DNA of 64,000 nt from Clostridiales bacterium (lineage in GTDB: Bacteria; Bacillota; Clostridia; Christensenellales; UBA1242), in contig SVIR01000006.1 in NCBI GenBank assembly GCA_015069395.1, forward strand, positions 112 through 64,111. The letters are read 5' to 3'. A model generated the notes under the pieces. It was given only the letters and a program-made list of their open reading frames with translations. It ran no database searches and was not told the DNA's origin. The position numbers and the translations under genes are program-made. Position 1 is the stretch's first letter. Every line of letters begins with the position of its first letter. This document shows, in pieces, positions 8,623 to 17,730 of the stretch.

Positions 8623-9555
8623 CTAAAACTTAAAATTAAAGAACCTAAAAGAAGGTTTTCGTTCTTTTTTTGTCTGTTTTATACTTTGTATATCAATTTG
8701 ATTTTGATATGCAATTGCTTGATTTAATGCCGTCAATGGAACGTCTCGATTCTGCTCAAATATTAAAGGCAAATCTTCGACTCCTATAGGATGGGGAATA
8801 TTTATATTTCCAACCTCAATCGTATAAGCCGGAATCCCAAACCTTCTTATACACCAATCTTTATATCCTCCCGAACTGTTTTCTGTTGGAATTAAAGTGT
8901 AACCCGTCACTTCTGCTAATGCCAACCCGATTTCTCTGTCTCTAGCAAGACCTTCTTCACTTTCACCAGTAAAACCATAATAAATCACTTCGCCTTTGGA
9001 GTGATATGAAATTGTTAAACTTGGGCGAACTCTATTTGTAATATTAATAAGATTCAAAACCTCTCTTTCACTATTTGGATAAAAACCAATAAAGTTTTCT
9101 GGACTTGGACAAGTAACATTTTGCCCTCCAGTTCCCCACTCGGCATCAAAATTTGTATTTAAATCCACAAGATTAACATTTGCTTTATAAAGCGAAAAAT
9201 CTAGGCTACCATTATTTGCTAGCGTAATGTATTCCTTTGTAATATCACAAGGAATTCCGTCAAGTCCATCTAGAACAATTTCTGCCCCATCAGGATTTGT
9301 CAAAAATATAAAATATATGCCTCCATTTGTGACAAGATTATTGTTGTGAAGATATCTTGCTTGCTCCACCATAAGAAGTGATGTTATGTATTCTCGTGCA
9401 TGAATCCCTCCTTGGATTAAAATTTGCACACCATCATAACTCCCAATGTGAGTAGCTAAGATATTTTTTCCAAGCACACTTTTTCCGACATTAAAAAGCT
9501 CTAATCCATCATTTTGAAGATTTACAATTTGTTGTACAAGTTCTTGATAAGTCAT
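8623..9555 (-). CDS. M14 family zinc carboxypeptidase (gamma-D-glutamyl-diamino-acid peptidase-like)
   Basis: Zn ligand motifs GGIHAREY (HxxE) and SYHSKGE. NPDG motif in FLTNPDGAE. Confidence 0.8.
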   Translation of the reverse strand: MTYQELVQQIVNLQNDGLELFNVGKSVLGKNILATHIGSYDGVQILIQGGIHAREYITSLLMVEQARYLHNNNLVTNGGIYFIFLTNPDGAEIVLDGLDGIPCDITKEYITLANNGSLDFSLYKANVNLVDLNTNFDAEWGTGGQNVTCPSPENFIGFYPNSEREVLNLINITNRVRPSLTISYHSKGEVIYYGFTGESEEGLARDREIGLALAEVTGYTLIPTENSSGGYKDWCIRRFGIPAYTIEVGNINIPHPIGVEDLPLIFEQNRDVPLTALNQAIAYQNQIDIQSIKQTKKERKPSFRFFNFKF

Positions 9556-9645
9556 TTTTCACCTCATATTATATATATTAGTCAAATATTTAAGGTGTTA
9601 AAAAAACATCTCCTAGATTTGGATGTTTTTTCATTGTTTTCTATC

Positions 9646-10095
9646 TCATAAACGGGAATTTTTGATTATATCATGCAATTCAGTAGGGAGCAAATTGTAT
9701 TTTTCTAAATCGTTGCTTGAAACTAGTGCAAAATATGTTGAATCATTATCCTTATTGCCTTCAAGCGTCAAATTAGAAAATTCTTCGTCAGACAGTATGT
9801 ATTCATATAAGAAATAAATCTCATGAACGTCTTTTTTATCAAAACAAAAGAAGTTTTCAAAAACTTTGATTAGTCTTAATTTTCTTTCGTCAATATCAAA
9901 ATTCATTTCTTCTTTAATTTCTCTCACCAAAGCATTACTTGACTTTTCATTGATGTGGATTCTGCCTCCTGGCACTACAGAATTTCTTCCTATTGTTGAA
10001 ATCTCAATAACAACATCTTTTTTATATCTCATTATCATTCCAACTCTGACATTTAGCCTAATACCATCTATGTCAATTTTAATGTCTTTTGCCAT
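9646..10095 (-). CDS. NUDIX hydrolase
   Basis: Nudix box GGRIHINEKSSNALVREIKEEMNF. The ATG at 10095 is preceded by GGAGGAGA. Confidence 0.8.
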   Translation of the reverse strand: MAKDIKIDIDGIRLNVRVGMIMRYKKDVVIEISTIGRNSVVPGGRIHINEKSSNALVREIKEEMNFDIDERKLRLIKVFENFFCFDKKDVHEIYFLYEYILSDEEFSNLTLEGNKDNDSTYFALVSSNDLEKYNLLPTELHDIIKNSRL

Positions 10096-10282
10096 CTCTC
10101 CTCCTTGTAAAACAGAATTAAAGAAAAAAGTGTATCTTTTTAAATAATAATGTCCATTAGGTTCCATTTTTAACAAATTAAACTTAAGCTGATTGTCGAC
10201 ACTGTTTGAACCTGAATTGAACTATTTTGTTATTTGTTGGGCCTTTTTGCAAAATTCTCAAATCCTTCCACTAAATTGAGGA

Positions 10283-11170
10283 TTATTTTAGTCTTAACCT
10301 TTTTTTTATTTTGTCAAAGTATTTCGCAGGGATGCTCAACTTATTTAATAAGTCATTACCTTTTGGGTCTTGTATATGAAAGTCACTGCCACCAGATATC
10401 ATTAGACCGTTTTTTTTGCAAAACTTCTTTAAGTAATCCGTTTTATCTTTTTCTATGGTTGTATAGTGGTAACATTCTATTCCGTCTACATATTTCTTTG
10501 TGCCCTCTAGAACTCTGTCCATATTATCTCCATACTGATATGGATGAGCAAGGAAAGATATGCCACCTAGTTTATTGATAAGCGTAGTTATTCTGTCATA
10601 AGTAGGATATAGTGTGTGTGAAGCTATAAAAATTTTAGACGTTGGGTTGTTTAGTCCTTCTCTTAAAAAGGTTGATACACTTTGGAGCAACCTAGGGTTT
10701 TCTTCGTCTAAAAAGCTTACTGCTTCCGGATTTTGCAAAATAACATTGTACAATTTTTCAAGCGCCATAGGACATTTTTGCGTAAAGTCTATGCTTTCAG
10801 GATCGTAGTCTAGTACGATTCCATGTTTTGCAAATACTTTAGGCGTGTTTTCGCTTCGGTATTTTTCTATCCTGTTTTCATTTATTCCATGCATATCTAG
10901 GTACTCTTTTGCACCTTTGACATCTATGCCATAACCTATTATTTCTATCGGCACATTGCCATAAGAACATACAAATTCGCACCCTGTCACATAGTCAAAA
11001 TCTTTTAACATATCTACAATCTTTTCGTCTAGGTAAAAGTCGACACAGTCGTGATCAGTAATAGACAGTTTTTTTAGCCCACACTTTGCAGCATACTGCA
11101 GTATTTCACTGCCTGACAGATTGCCATCAGAGTGATTGGTGTGGATATGCATATCACAAGATTCTTTCAT
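10283..11170 (-). CDS. PHP-domain metal-dependent phosphoesterase
   Basis: N-terminal MHIHTNHSDG...SITDHD, and C-terminal GGSDFH. Confidence 0.8.
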   Translation of the reverse strand: MKESCDMHIHTNHSDGNLSGSEILQYAAKCGLKKLSITDHDCVDFYLDEKIVDMLKDFDYVTGCEFVCSYGNVPIEIIGYGIDVKGAKEYLDMHGINENRIEKYRSENTPKVFAKHGIVLDYDPESIDFTQKCPMALEKLYNVILQNPEAVSFLDEENPRLLQSVSTFLREGLNNPTSKIFIASHTLYPTYDRITTLINKLGGISFLAHPYQYGDNMDRVLEGTKKYVDGIECYHYTTIEKDKTDYLKKFCKKNGLMISGGSDFHIQDPKGNDLLNKLSIPAKYFDKIKKRLRLK

Positions 11171-11372
11171 TGTATTCTCCCGATTTTTCTATATTATATC
11201 ATAAAATCAAAATATCAGCGTTGATTTTTCAAAATAATCTGGTTCAAGAAATTTATTTCAGGTGCCACTTCAAAAAATAAGGACTTGTCTAAAATTTTAT
11301 AATACCTTGGCAAGCATAATCACTAATTTCCTAGGCAAAAAAACTAAACTGAGCTTATCGATTTAGGTTTTA

Positions 11373-11463
11373 TTGGCGGAGTCGGTGGGATTCGAACCCA
11401 CGTGCCGATTGCTCGACAAACGCATTTCGAGTGCGTCCCGGTACGACCACTTCGGTACGACTC
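11373..11463 (-). tRNA. tRNA-Ser (anticodon CGA)
   Basis: The reverse complement folds as a cloverleaf. Acceptor GGAGTCG/CGACTCC. Anticodon loop CTCGAAA. Long variable arm. T-loop GGGTTCGAATCCC. Encoded CCA. Confidence 0.93.
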
Positions 11464-11544
11464 CACATTACTTAGGTATTTTACATTTTTTTGATTTATT
11501 TTGCAAGCAATTTATCAAAAACTACAAATAAAAAAACGCTAATT

Positions 11545-12459
11545 TTAGCGCTTTAATATCTTCATTATCTTTTTCATACTTTCTTCATTTTCGTCTGAAG
11601 AAGTTTTCTTAAACTTCAGTTTTATGTAATTCATACAATTTTTCAAATCTGTTTCAAAATGCTTATAATCAAAAATCATACTCATACCAAAAGCAATAGG
11701 CACAATCAATACATACATAGGACAAATCAACCAAATCAGCGGCCAATATTTCGTTTGGCCTGCATATTGTCCGACTGGTACTGTTTTAAATATGTCCGGA
11801 CAAAATTTTGCCAAGAATTCTCCTATTCCTCCTGATGGACCCCAGATCATAGAACTGTTTTTGTAATTGATATCAAAGAAATCGCTATCTCTCAATGCAA
11901 TAAAACCAAGTTCGCTTTGAAGAATTTGATTTATCATAATAAATATCATTACTGCACAAAACGTAATAGGCAAAGCCAATACTCGTCTATAACTTAATTT
12001 GTGCATTTTAAAAATTACCATCAAAAGTGGAACATACCACAAGATATTGTGATGGATATAAAAACGAATAACATCCATCCATTCTGCTGCTTGATTTGCA
12101 TTTTCAATAGGCTCGACAGGATATAAAACAGCAATCAAACCACCCAAAATTCCAATATAAAACATATAATCTTTTGCATATTTGCTTTTTGTAAAAAAGA
12201 GAATTGGGAAAAGAGCTATGTTCGCCCCACAAATATTGATAAACCACGAATCGCGATACAAACGACCAACATCTGTTGAATAAGGTGGAATATATGCTTT
12301 TAAAAAATGAAGCAGAAGTGCAAATGCCAAAATAGAAAAAAGAACAATTTTTTTAGTCTTTTCACTTCTTTTTTTCAACAAAAAATATAGGCCTATAAAT
12401 CCTGCGATAGAAAGAATAATCCAAAAGAAATACCAGCCGTTAAACATTTGAATTTCCAT
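11545..12459 (-). CDS. polytopic membrane protein (possibly YwaF/TIGR02206-like)
   Basis: The ATG at 12459 (MEIQMFNGWYFFWIILSIAG...) follows AGAGGA. There are multiple TM helices. Family assignment rests only on topology and a loose resemblance. Confidence 0.6.
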   Translation of the reverse strand: MEIQMFNGWYFFWIILSIAGFIGLYFLLKKRSEKTKKIVLFSILAFALLLHFLKAYIPPYSTDVGRLYRDSWFINICGANIALFPILFFTKSKYAKDYMFYIGILGGLIAVLYPVEPIENANQAAEWMDVIRFYIHHNILWYVPLLMVIFKMHKLSYRRVLALPITFCAVMIFIMINQILQSELGFIALRDSDFFDINYKNSSMIWGPSGGIGEFLAKFCPDIFKTVPVGQYAGQTKYWPLIWLICPMYVLIVPIAFGMSMIFDYKHFETDLKNCMNYIKLKFKKTSSDENEESMKKIMKILKR

Positions 12460-12687
12460 AAAATCCTCTTTTTTTACCAAATATAACAAAATTATTCTAT
12501 CATACATTTGTTGTTTTTCAAATAATTTTCGACAAAATTTATAAAGTTTTTGTATAAAAATCCACAAAGCCACAAATTTTGCAGACATCAACATTTTGTA
12601 AAATTTTTGTAAAATATTGAAAAATTGTTTTTGTTTTTGTAAAATTTTGTGCTATACTCCAATTAGCCAACGAAAAGGAGTAATCTT

Positions 12688-13065
12688 ATGGACGAAAAAG
12701 AAATTGTTACAACAATGGCGTTGATAAAAATTGGTGTAAAATGTGACCTAATTGGTTTTTCTTATCTGGTCAAGGCCGTAAAACTGGCGATTGACGACCC
12801 CAACATAATTTATAGTTCTCAAAAAATGTTTAAGATTATAGCAGAAAATTCTAATGCGAAAAGCCCCACTAGAGTAGAGGCAAATATGCAAAATGCAATA
12901 AACAACACATATGATATGGTTGGTTTTAACGAATTGAATTCCTTGTTTGGTTTTGAAGCGATAAGACCAGAACACAAACCTACTATAGCCGAACTCGTCA
13001 AACTTTTAGCAGAATATTACTTGTTGAAAATATACCAAAACACTATACAACCAACAAATTTTTAA
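12688..13065 (+). CDS. stand-alone Spo0A C-terminal (DNA-binding) domain protein, no receiver domain
   Basis: IGVKCDLIGFSYLVKAVKLAIDDPNIIYSSQKMFKIIAENSNAKSPTRVEANMQNAI...LFGF...HKPTIAELVKLLAEY follows the Spo0A_C pattern (G.P..KGY.YL..AI......TK.LY..IA.....T.SRVERAIR.AI....FG....KPTNSEFIA). Confidence 0.6.
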   Translation: MDEKEIVTTMALIKIGVKCDLIGFSYLVKAVKLAIDDPNIIYSSQKMFKIIAENSNAKSPTRVEANMQNAINNTYDMVGFNELNSLFGFEAIRPEHKPTIAELVKLLAEYYLLKIYQNTIQPTNF

Positions 13066-13102
13066 GGTTTTTACCTTTTTTTATTTTTTTTATAAAAAAT
13101 TC

Positions 13103-13131
13103 TTGACTTTTATTTTCTGAAGTGATAAACT
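13103..13131 (+). promoter_or_regulatory. candidate sigma-A promoter for the tRNA array (TTGACT, 17-nt spacer, TAAACT)
   Basis: The -35 is at 13103..13108 and the -10 at 13126..13131, about 12 nt upstream of tRNA-Gly. Confidence 0.5.
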
Positions 13132-13143
13132 TATAGAGCATTT

Positions 13144-13217
13144 GCAGGTGTAGTTCAGTGGTAGAACACTAGCCTTCCAAGCTGGTTGCGAGGGTCCGAT
13201 TCCCTTCACCTGCTCCA
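13144..13217 (+). tRNA. tRNA-Gly (anticodon TCC) with atypical T-loop TCCGATT
   Basis: Acceptor GCAGGTG/CACCTGC. Anticodon loop CTTCCAA. T-arm GAGGG-TCCGATT-CCCTT. CCA encoded. Confidence 0.9.
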
Positions 13218-13222
13218 AATTT

Positions 13223-13299
<77 letters not shown>

Positions 13300-13302
13300 T
13301 GT

Positions 13303-13379
13303 GGTGGTCGTAGTTCAGTTGGCAGAACGCCAGATTGTGGCTCTGGAGGTCAAGGGTTCGACCCCCTTCGATCACCCCA
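13303..13379 (+). tRNA. tRNA-His (anticodon GTG) with encoded G-1
   Basis: An extra 5' G lies opposite discriminator C. Acceptor GTGGTCG/CGATCAC. Anticodon loop TTGTGGC. Confidence 0.93.
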
Positions 13380-13402
13380 TATAAATTTCGCTTTTGCGAT
13401 AA

Positions 13403-13478
13403 TGGGGTGTCGCCAAGCGGTAAGGCATTGGACTCTGACTCCAACATTGCGTAGGTTCGAATCCTACCGCCCCAGCCA
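13403..13478 (+). tRNA. tRNA-Gln (anticodon CTG)
   Basis: Starts TGGGGTGTCGCCAAGCGGTAAGGCA. Anticodon loop CTCTGAC. T-loop TTCGAAT. CCA encoded. Confidence 0.93.
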
Positions 13479-13491
13479 TCGAACATTTCAT

Positions 13492-13566
13492 AGGGGTGTC
13501 GCCAAGCGGTAAGGCACACGACTTTGACTCGTGCATTCGTAGGTTCAAATCCTGCCACCCCTGCCA
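13492..13566 (+). tRNA. tRNA-Gln (anticodon TTG)
   Basis: Starts AGGGGTGTCGCCAAGCGGTAAGGCA. Anticodon loop CTTTGAC. T-loop TTCAAAT. CCA encoded. Confidence 0.93.
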
Positions 13567-13580
13567 AAACAATTTAATAT

Positions 13581-13656
13581 GGTTTGCTAGCTCAGTTGGT
13601 AGAGCACAAGACTTTTAATCTTGGGGTCCGGAGTTCGAGCCTCCGGCAAGCCACCA
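13581..13656 (+). tRNA. tRNA-Lys (anticodon TTT)
   Basis: Acceptor GGTTTGC/GCAAGCC. Anticodon loop CTTTTAA. T-loop TTCGAGC. CCA encoded. Confidence 0.93.
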
Positions 13657-13659
13657 CTA

Positions 13660-13686
13660 AAGAACTGCCTTTCAGTTCTTTTTTAT
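13660..13686 (+). terminator. rho-independent terminator inside the tRNA array (between Lys and Leu)
   Basis: Stem AAGAACTG/CAGTTCTT, loop CCTTT, followed by a T-run. Confidence 0.7.
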
Positions 13687-13692
13687 TAAAAT

Positions 13693-13774
13693 GCGGATAT
13701 GGTGGAATGGCAGACACGCTGGATTTAGGTTCCAGTCCGAAAGGGTGCAGGTTCAAGTCCTGTTATCCGCACCA
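13693..13774 (+). tRNA. tRNA-Leu (anticodon TAG)
   Basis: Acceptor GCGGATA/TATCCGC. Anticodon loop TTTAGGT. Long variable arm. T-loop TTCAAGT. CCA encoded. Confidence 0.93.
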
Positions 13775-13871
13775 AGTGTTAATAGGTTGAACCTTTTATG
13801 GTTTAGCCTATTTTTTATTTGTAAAAAAAAGAAAGTGGGGGCTTACACTTGTCTTGGATGTTGAAACAATA

Positions 13872-14543
13872 TTAATTTTTATTTAGTAATAAATGTAAAT
13901 CATAAAGCCCATTTGGCATTTTGTTTTGCATCATATTTGCAATTTTTAATATGTCCTTTCCTAGTTGTTCAAAACCTTCAACTCTACAATGCAAATTATC
14001 CACTCTCCAATCATTTATAAGATCAGCATATTCAAGTCTAGATTCTATTTCAAGTTCTTTACCTGTGTTTTCAAAAACTCTTTTTGCCACAACTTTTGCC
14101 GTCTCGCTAGGAACCTTTTTTGTTTTATAGTGAGTTTCAATAAGTTTCAGCTTGCCATTATATGTCTTTGAATATTCTACAACATCATTTATAAAGTTCT
14201 CTACTTCAAATCTAAAATTACCTCCTCTAAAAATGGGTATTATATGTGATGTTTTTTCTAAATTGTTAAACTGTTCTTCACTTATTCCAGACGTTCCACT
14301 AATTAACACTTTATTTTTCTTTATTGCAAAATCTAAAATCTTATCAAAGCAATCTTTATGTGAAAAATCTACAATTACATCAAATTCTTCATTTATTTTT
14401 TCAAGCTGGTCATAGTTATAGTATTTTGCATCGCTACGACAAACACCTGCAACAATTTCGGCAAAGTCACAAGTTTTCGATGCGATTTCTGCTTGAACCC
14501 CAGTTCTACCTGTTATTCCACTCCACAAAATTTTTGTTTTCAT
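13872..14543 (-). CDS. DapB-like (4-hydroxy-tetrahydrodipicolinate reductase family) oxidoreductase, divergent
   Basis: N-terminal dinucleotide loop GITGRTG, then DFSHKD, ISGTSG and GGNFRF. ETHYKTKKVPSETA stands in place of the canonical E.HH..K.DAPSGTA. Confidence 0.55.
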   Translation of the reverse strand: MKTKILWSGITGRTGVQAEIASKTCDFAEIVAGVCRSDAKYYNYDQLEKINEEFDVIVDFSHKDCFDKILDFAIKKNKVLISGTSGISEEQFNNLEKTSHIIPIFRGGNFRFEVENFINDVVEYSKTYNGKLKLIETHYKTKKVPSETAKVVAKRVFENTGKELEIESRLEYADLINDWRVDNLHCRVEGFEQLGKDILKIANMMQNKMPNGLYDLHLLLNKN

Positions 14544-14641
14544 TAAAATTTTTCCTCACTAGTACATTATAACACACATTTTTTACTTTTGGTTGATTTA
14601 TTTTAATTGTTTTAAGTTTTGATAAAATTATTAGTGGCAGC

Positions 14642-14667
14642 AGCATTGTATATCAATGCTATTTTTT
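14642..14667 (+). terminator. orphan plus-strand terminator-like hairpin upstream of 14730
   Basis: Stem AGCATTG/CAATGCT, loop TATAT, followed by ATTTTTT. There is no annotated plus-strand gene upstream. Confidence 0.4.
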
Positions 14668-14729
14668 CAAAAATTTACACTTGAAATTCTAAAACAAATA
14701 TGTTAAACTAAACGGGAAGAGGTAAAAAT

Positions 14730-15173
14730 ATGACTGTTCAAGAAGCGTTGGAGAAAATAAAAAAATCTTATAGTTCTGGCTCTATTTCATTAGAAGCTTA
14801 TCGATATTTTACCGAACTTATACAAACTTTTAAGACGTTTTCAAACAATCGACCTTTGACCAGAGCATCTCAATATCGCCATGTTTTAAGAAACATTCAA
14901 GAATTTTGCTTTGGAGATCTTAACAAGACCCCACCCGAAAATTTAGCAGGCAGACTTGAACTTTATATCGAATTAACCTCTGTTAGAGAAAATGACATCT
15001 TAAAAAAATTAAGCGAAATTACCGGCGAAGAGATTGATCTTGACGATATACTAGCAAAAATCCAAACTGCTTCCAAATCAAAGACTCATTTTTCAAATCG
15101 CACGAAACAATATTTAACCGATTGCAATTGCGACAAAAAGCCAACAAAAAAAATTAAATCTTTGTCAATATAA
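14730..15173 (+). CDS. hypothetical protein (147 aa)
   Basis: ORF preceded by GGGAAGAGG. No recognisable motif. Confidence 0.55.
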   Translation: MTVQEALEKIKKSYSSGSISLEAYRYFTELIQTFKTFSNNRPLTRASQYRHVLRNIQEFCFGDLNKTPPENLAGRLELYIELTSVRENDILKKLSEITGEEIDLDDILAKIQTASKSKTHFSNRTKQYLTDCNCDKKPTKKIKSLSI

Positions 15174-15182
15174 GGAGGAATT

Positions 15183-15572
15183 ATGTCTACACCAATTTTT
15201 CCAAACCATTTAGCATTGTTTAAAGTATTAAAAGAATTTGAAAGTTCTAGCAAAACAATCTTCAAAGAAAAAGAACTCAAAAGCTTTTGCACTGAAGTCC
15301 TACAAAAGGCCCAACAAATAGAGGGAGAAGAATTCTTTCCCGTTTGGCATACCGATCATTCTGGTTCTTATCTCGAATCATTGACTCGTATCTGTGATGC
15401 TAGACTTGACGAAAATAGAGAACTCATTTTTTCTTTAAGCCCACAAAGAGTGCTTGACAATTTTAGCTGGCTTTCTACAAAAAGAAATCAACTCAGACCA
15501 AGTTTTGTGGCCATTGCTACAGAAATATTAAATGAAAAACCAAAAAACGAAGAAAAGCCTTTCAATCTTTAA
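15183..15572 (+). CDS. hypothetical protein (129 aa), coupled to 14730..15173
   Basis: ATG 9 nt after the upstream stop, preceded by AAGGAGGA. No recognisable motif. Confidence 0.55.
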   Translation: MSTPIFPNHLALFKVLKEFESSSKTIFKEKELKSFCTEVLQKAQQIEGEEFFPVWHTDHSGSYLESLTRICDARLDENRELIFSLSPQRVLDNFSWLSTKRNQLRPSFVAIATEILNEKPKNEEKPFNL

Positions 15573-16098
15573 TTTTTTTGCTATAATAATTAAAACTACT
15601 TTTAAACTTTTGTAAATACCTTTCACTTTCAGCGAAAGGTATTTTTTTTAACGTTACTCCATCTTCACTATATTCTTTATTGTTGAGCCATTCTGAAACT
15701 TTTGTAGGCCCAGCATTATAGGCCACCAGCGCAGTTTCTAAATTTTTGAATCTCTCGCACAATCTGTTTAAATAAAATGTACCGAAATCTATATTATCTT
15801 GAGGCTCTTTTAAGTCATACTCTTCTATTTTCAATAGTTCTGCTACATATTCGGCTGTAGATGGCATCAACTGCATCAGCCCAATCGCTCCCTTTGAGGA
15901 TATTGCATTTTTATCAAAACGACTTTCTATATTTATCATTGCATACAAAACTGCTTTATCAACATCAAAATTTTGGCTTGCTATCTCAACCTCTTCTTGA
16001 AACTTTATCGGAAAAAGATATCCATAAATACAATTTGTAGCAAAAAATGTTAAAAAAACAAACGAAAAAGCAAAAAAAACTGAAAAAAACCACTTCAT
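15562..16098 (-). CDS. lytic transglycosylase (SLT domain), membrane-anchored
   Basis: N-terminal TM helix. Catalytic motif INIESRFDKNAISSKGAIGLMQLMPSTA, and AYNAGP. Confidence 0.85.
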   Translation of the reverse strand: MKWFFSVFFAFSFVFLTFFATNCIYGYLFPIKFQEEVEIASQNFDVDKAVLYAMINIESRFDKNAISSKGAIGLMQLMPSTAEYVAELLKIEEYDLKEPQDNIDFGTFYLNRLCERFKNLETALVAYNAGPTKVSEWLNNKEYSEDGVTLKKIPFAESERYLQKFKSSFNYYSKKIKD

Positions 16099-16172
16099 AT
16101 GGCTATTTTATGAAAAAAGGACATATTTATGCCCTTTTATTTAGATACATATATTTGTTGAAATATGTGAAT

Positions 16173-16421
16173 TTATACCTTTACAAATCTTCCCGTTTGC
16201 TGAGAAAAAGTATAATACCCTTGAAAATTTGTCATACACCCATCTGTCAAAGACTGGACCTTGGAAAAATAGATGCTCAAAAATTTAACAGACAATCCAC
16301 ATACCCTACCTAAATCTTGTGGAGTATTTATTATCGCTACAGGGATATTAAAAGACTTTAGGAGATTAGCAAAATTTAAAGTCGCATAACGGGTTCTAAA
16401 GACTGCAATAATATATTTCAT
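16173..16421 (-). CDS. DUF3343-like small protein (putative S/Se carrier partner of cysteine desulfurases)
   Basis: MKYIIAVFRTRYATLNFANLLKSFNIPVAIINTPQDLGRVCGLSVKF matches the DUF3343 pattern, with the conserved TP....CG. It is divergent from a class V aminotransferase gene. Confidence 0.6.
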   Translation of the reverse strand: MKYIIAVFRTRYATLNFANLLKSFNIPVAIINTPQDLGRVCGLSVKFLSIYFSKVQSLTDGCMTNFQGYYTFSQQTGRFVKV

Positions 16422-16499
16422 AACCCCTCCTATGCACAAAAATTCCCCCAAAATCATTATATTGTTAATATCAAAAATGTGTTTTAAAAGGATTTTATA

Positions 16500-17636
16500 A
16501 TGATTTATTTAGACAACTCAGCATCTACAATAACAAAACCAAAAAACGTTCAACGTGCCGTTTATAATGCACTAAACACCTATTCGGCAAATCCCGGTCG
16601 AAGTGGACATAAACAAGCAATCAAAACAGCAATGCAAGTAGAAAACGTTCGGTCCTTAATAGCGAAGCACCTAAACACTTCTTCCGACAAAGTTGTTTTT
16701 ACTCTCAATTGCTCAGATGCACTCAATTTAGCTATTTTGGGCAGTTATAAGCAAGGGGGAAATGTAGTTTGCACAGTAAACGAACACAATTCCGTTCTTC
16801 GCCCATTGCAACATCTAAAAGATATCGACGAAACATTTTCATTCACGATTGCAGATCAGTCCAACAAATACGGAATCTCTTGGAAAGATATCGAGAACAA
16901 TTTAAGTGAAAACACTTATATGGTTGTTTGTAATCATATTTCAAACGTCAATGGAGATATGGCCGAGATAGAAGAAATTGGAAAACACCTGTATGAAAAA
17001 GGCATCTTGTTTTTGGTTGATGGAGCTCAAGGAGGAGGGCATTTTCACTATGATATGGAAAAGCAACACATAAACATGCTTTCGCTTGCTCCACATAAAG
17101 GTTTTTATGCTCCACAAGGAGTTGGTTGTTTGGCAATGAATGGAACCTTCGAACTTTCCCCTATTCGATTTGGGGGAACTGGCACAAACTCGCTCGAACT
17201 CCATCAACCAGAAACCACTCCGGAAAGATTTGAAACCGGCACTTTAAATACTCCTGCTATTTTAGGATTTGGTGAAGGCATAAAGTTTGTAGAAGAAAAT
17301 TTTTCTGCTATTCAAGAAAAACTTGAAGACTTAACAACTTATCTTCATTACGAATTATCTAAACTTCCTGTAAATATCTATACTAATATTGAAAACTCTT
17401 GTGGCGTTTTCGCTTTCAATGTCGAAGACATAAATTCGACCGAGATTGCAAACTATTTAGACGAAAAATGGGGAATCTGTGTAAGAAGTGGTTATCATTG
17501 TGCACCCCTAAAACACAAATCTCTTGACACTTTAGACAATGGCATTGTCAGAGTCTCAATGTCTTTTTTTAACACTTATCAAGAAATTGAAAAATTTGTT
17601 TTTGCAATTAAATCATTTTTAAAATTAAAAAAATAA
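16500..17636 (+). CDS. cysteine desulfurase family class V aminotransferase
   Basis: N-terminal IYLDNSASTITKP. PLP-lysine context SLAPHKGFYAPQGVG. Active-site Cys context RSGYHCAP. Confidence 0.85.
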   Translation: MIYLDNSASTITKPKNVQRAVYNALNTYSANPGRSGHKQAIKTAMQVENVRSLIAKHLNTSSDKVVFTLNCSDALNLAILGSYKQGGNVVCTVNEHNSVLRPLQHLKDIDETFSFTIADQSNKYGISWKDIENNLSENTYMVVCNHISNVNGDMAEIEEIGKHLYEKGILFLVDGAQGGGHFHYDMEKQHINMLSLAPHKGFYAPQGVGCLAMNGTFELSPIRFGGTGTNSLELHQPETTPERFETGTLNTPAILGFGEGIKFVEENFSAIQEKLEDLTTYLHYELSKLPVNIYTNIENSCGVFAFNVEDINSTEIANYLDEKWGICVRSGYHCAPLKHKSLDTLDNGIVRVSMSFFNTYQEIEKFVFAIKSFLKLKK

Positions 17637-17730
17637 TAAAAAAATATAAAATAAAGAAAAAAAATAATAAAAAATAGCAATTTTTATTATTTTTTTAACA
17701 TTTTTTATCTGTTTTTAATTTTAGTAGGTT

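Noticed and set aside
13872-14543. DapB-like reductase with an altered catalytic motif (ETHYKTKKVPSETA) and no neighbouring dap genes
   Set aside because: It is noted as divergent, but short DapB-like oxidoreductases of unknown specificity are common. Sequence alone gives no basis for a specific claim.
17637-17730. Extremely AT-rich 94-bp spacer with a perfect 12-bp hairpin (AATAATAAAAAT-AGCA-ATTTTTATTATT)
   Set aside because: It sits between convergent genes and is flanked by A/T runs on both sides, which fits a bidirectional terminator. Nothing else is needed to explain it.
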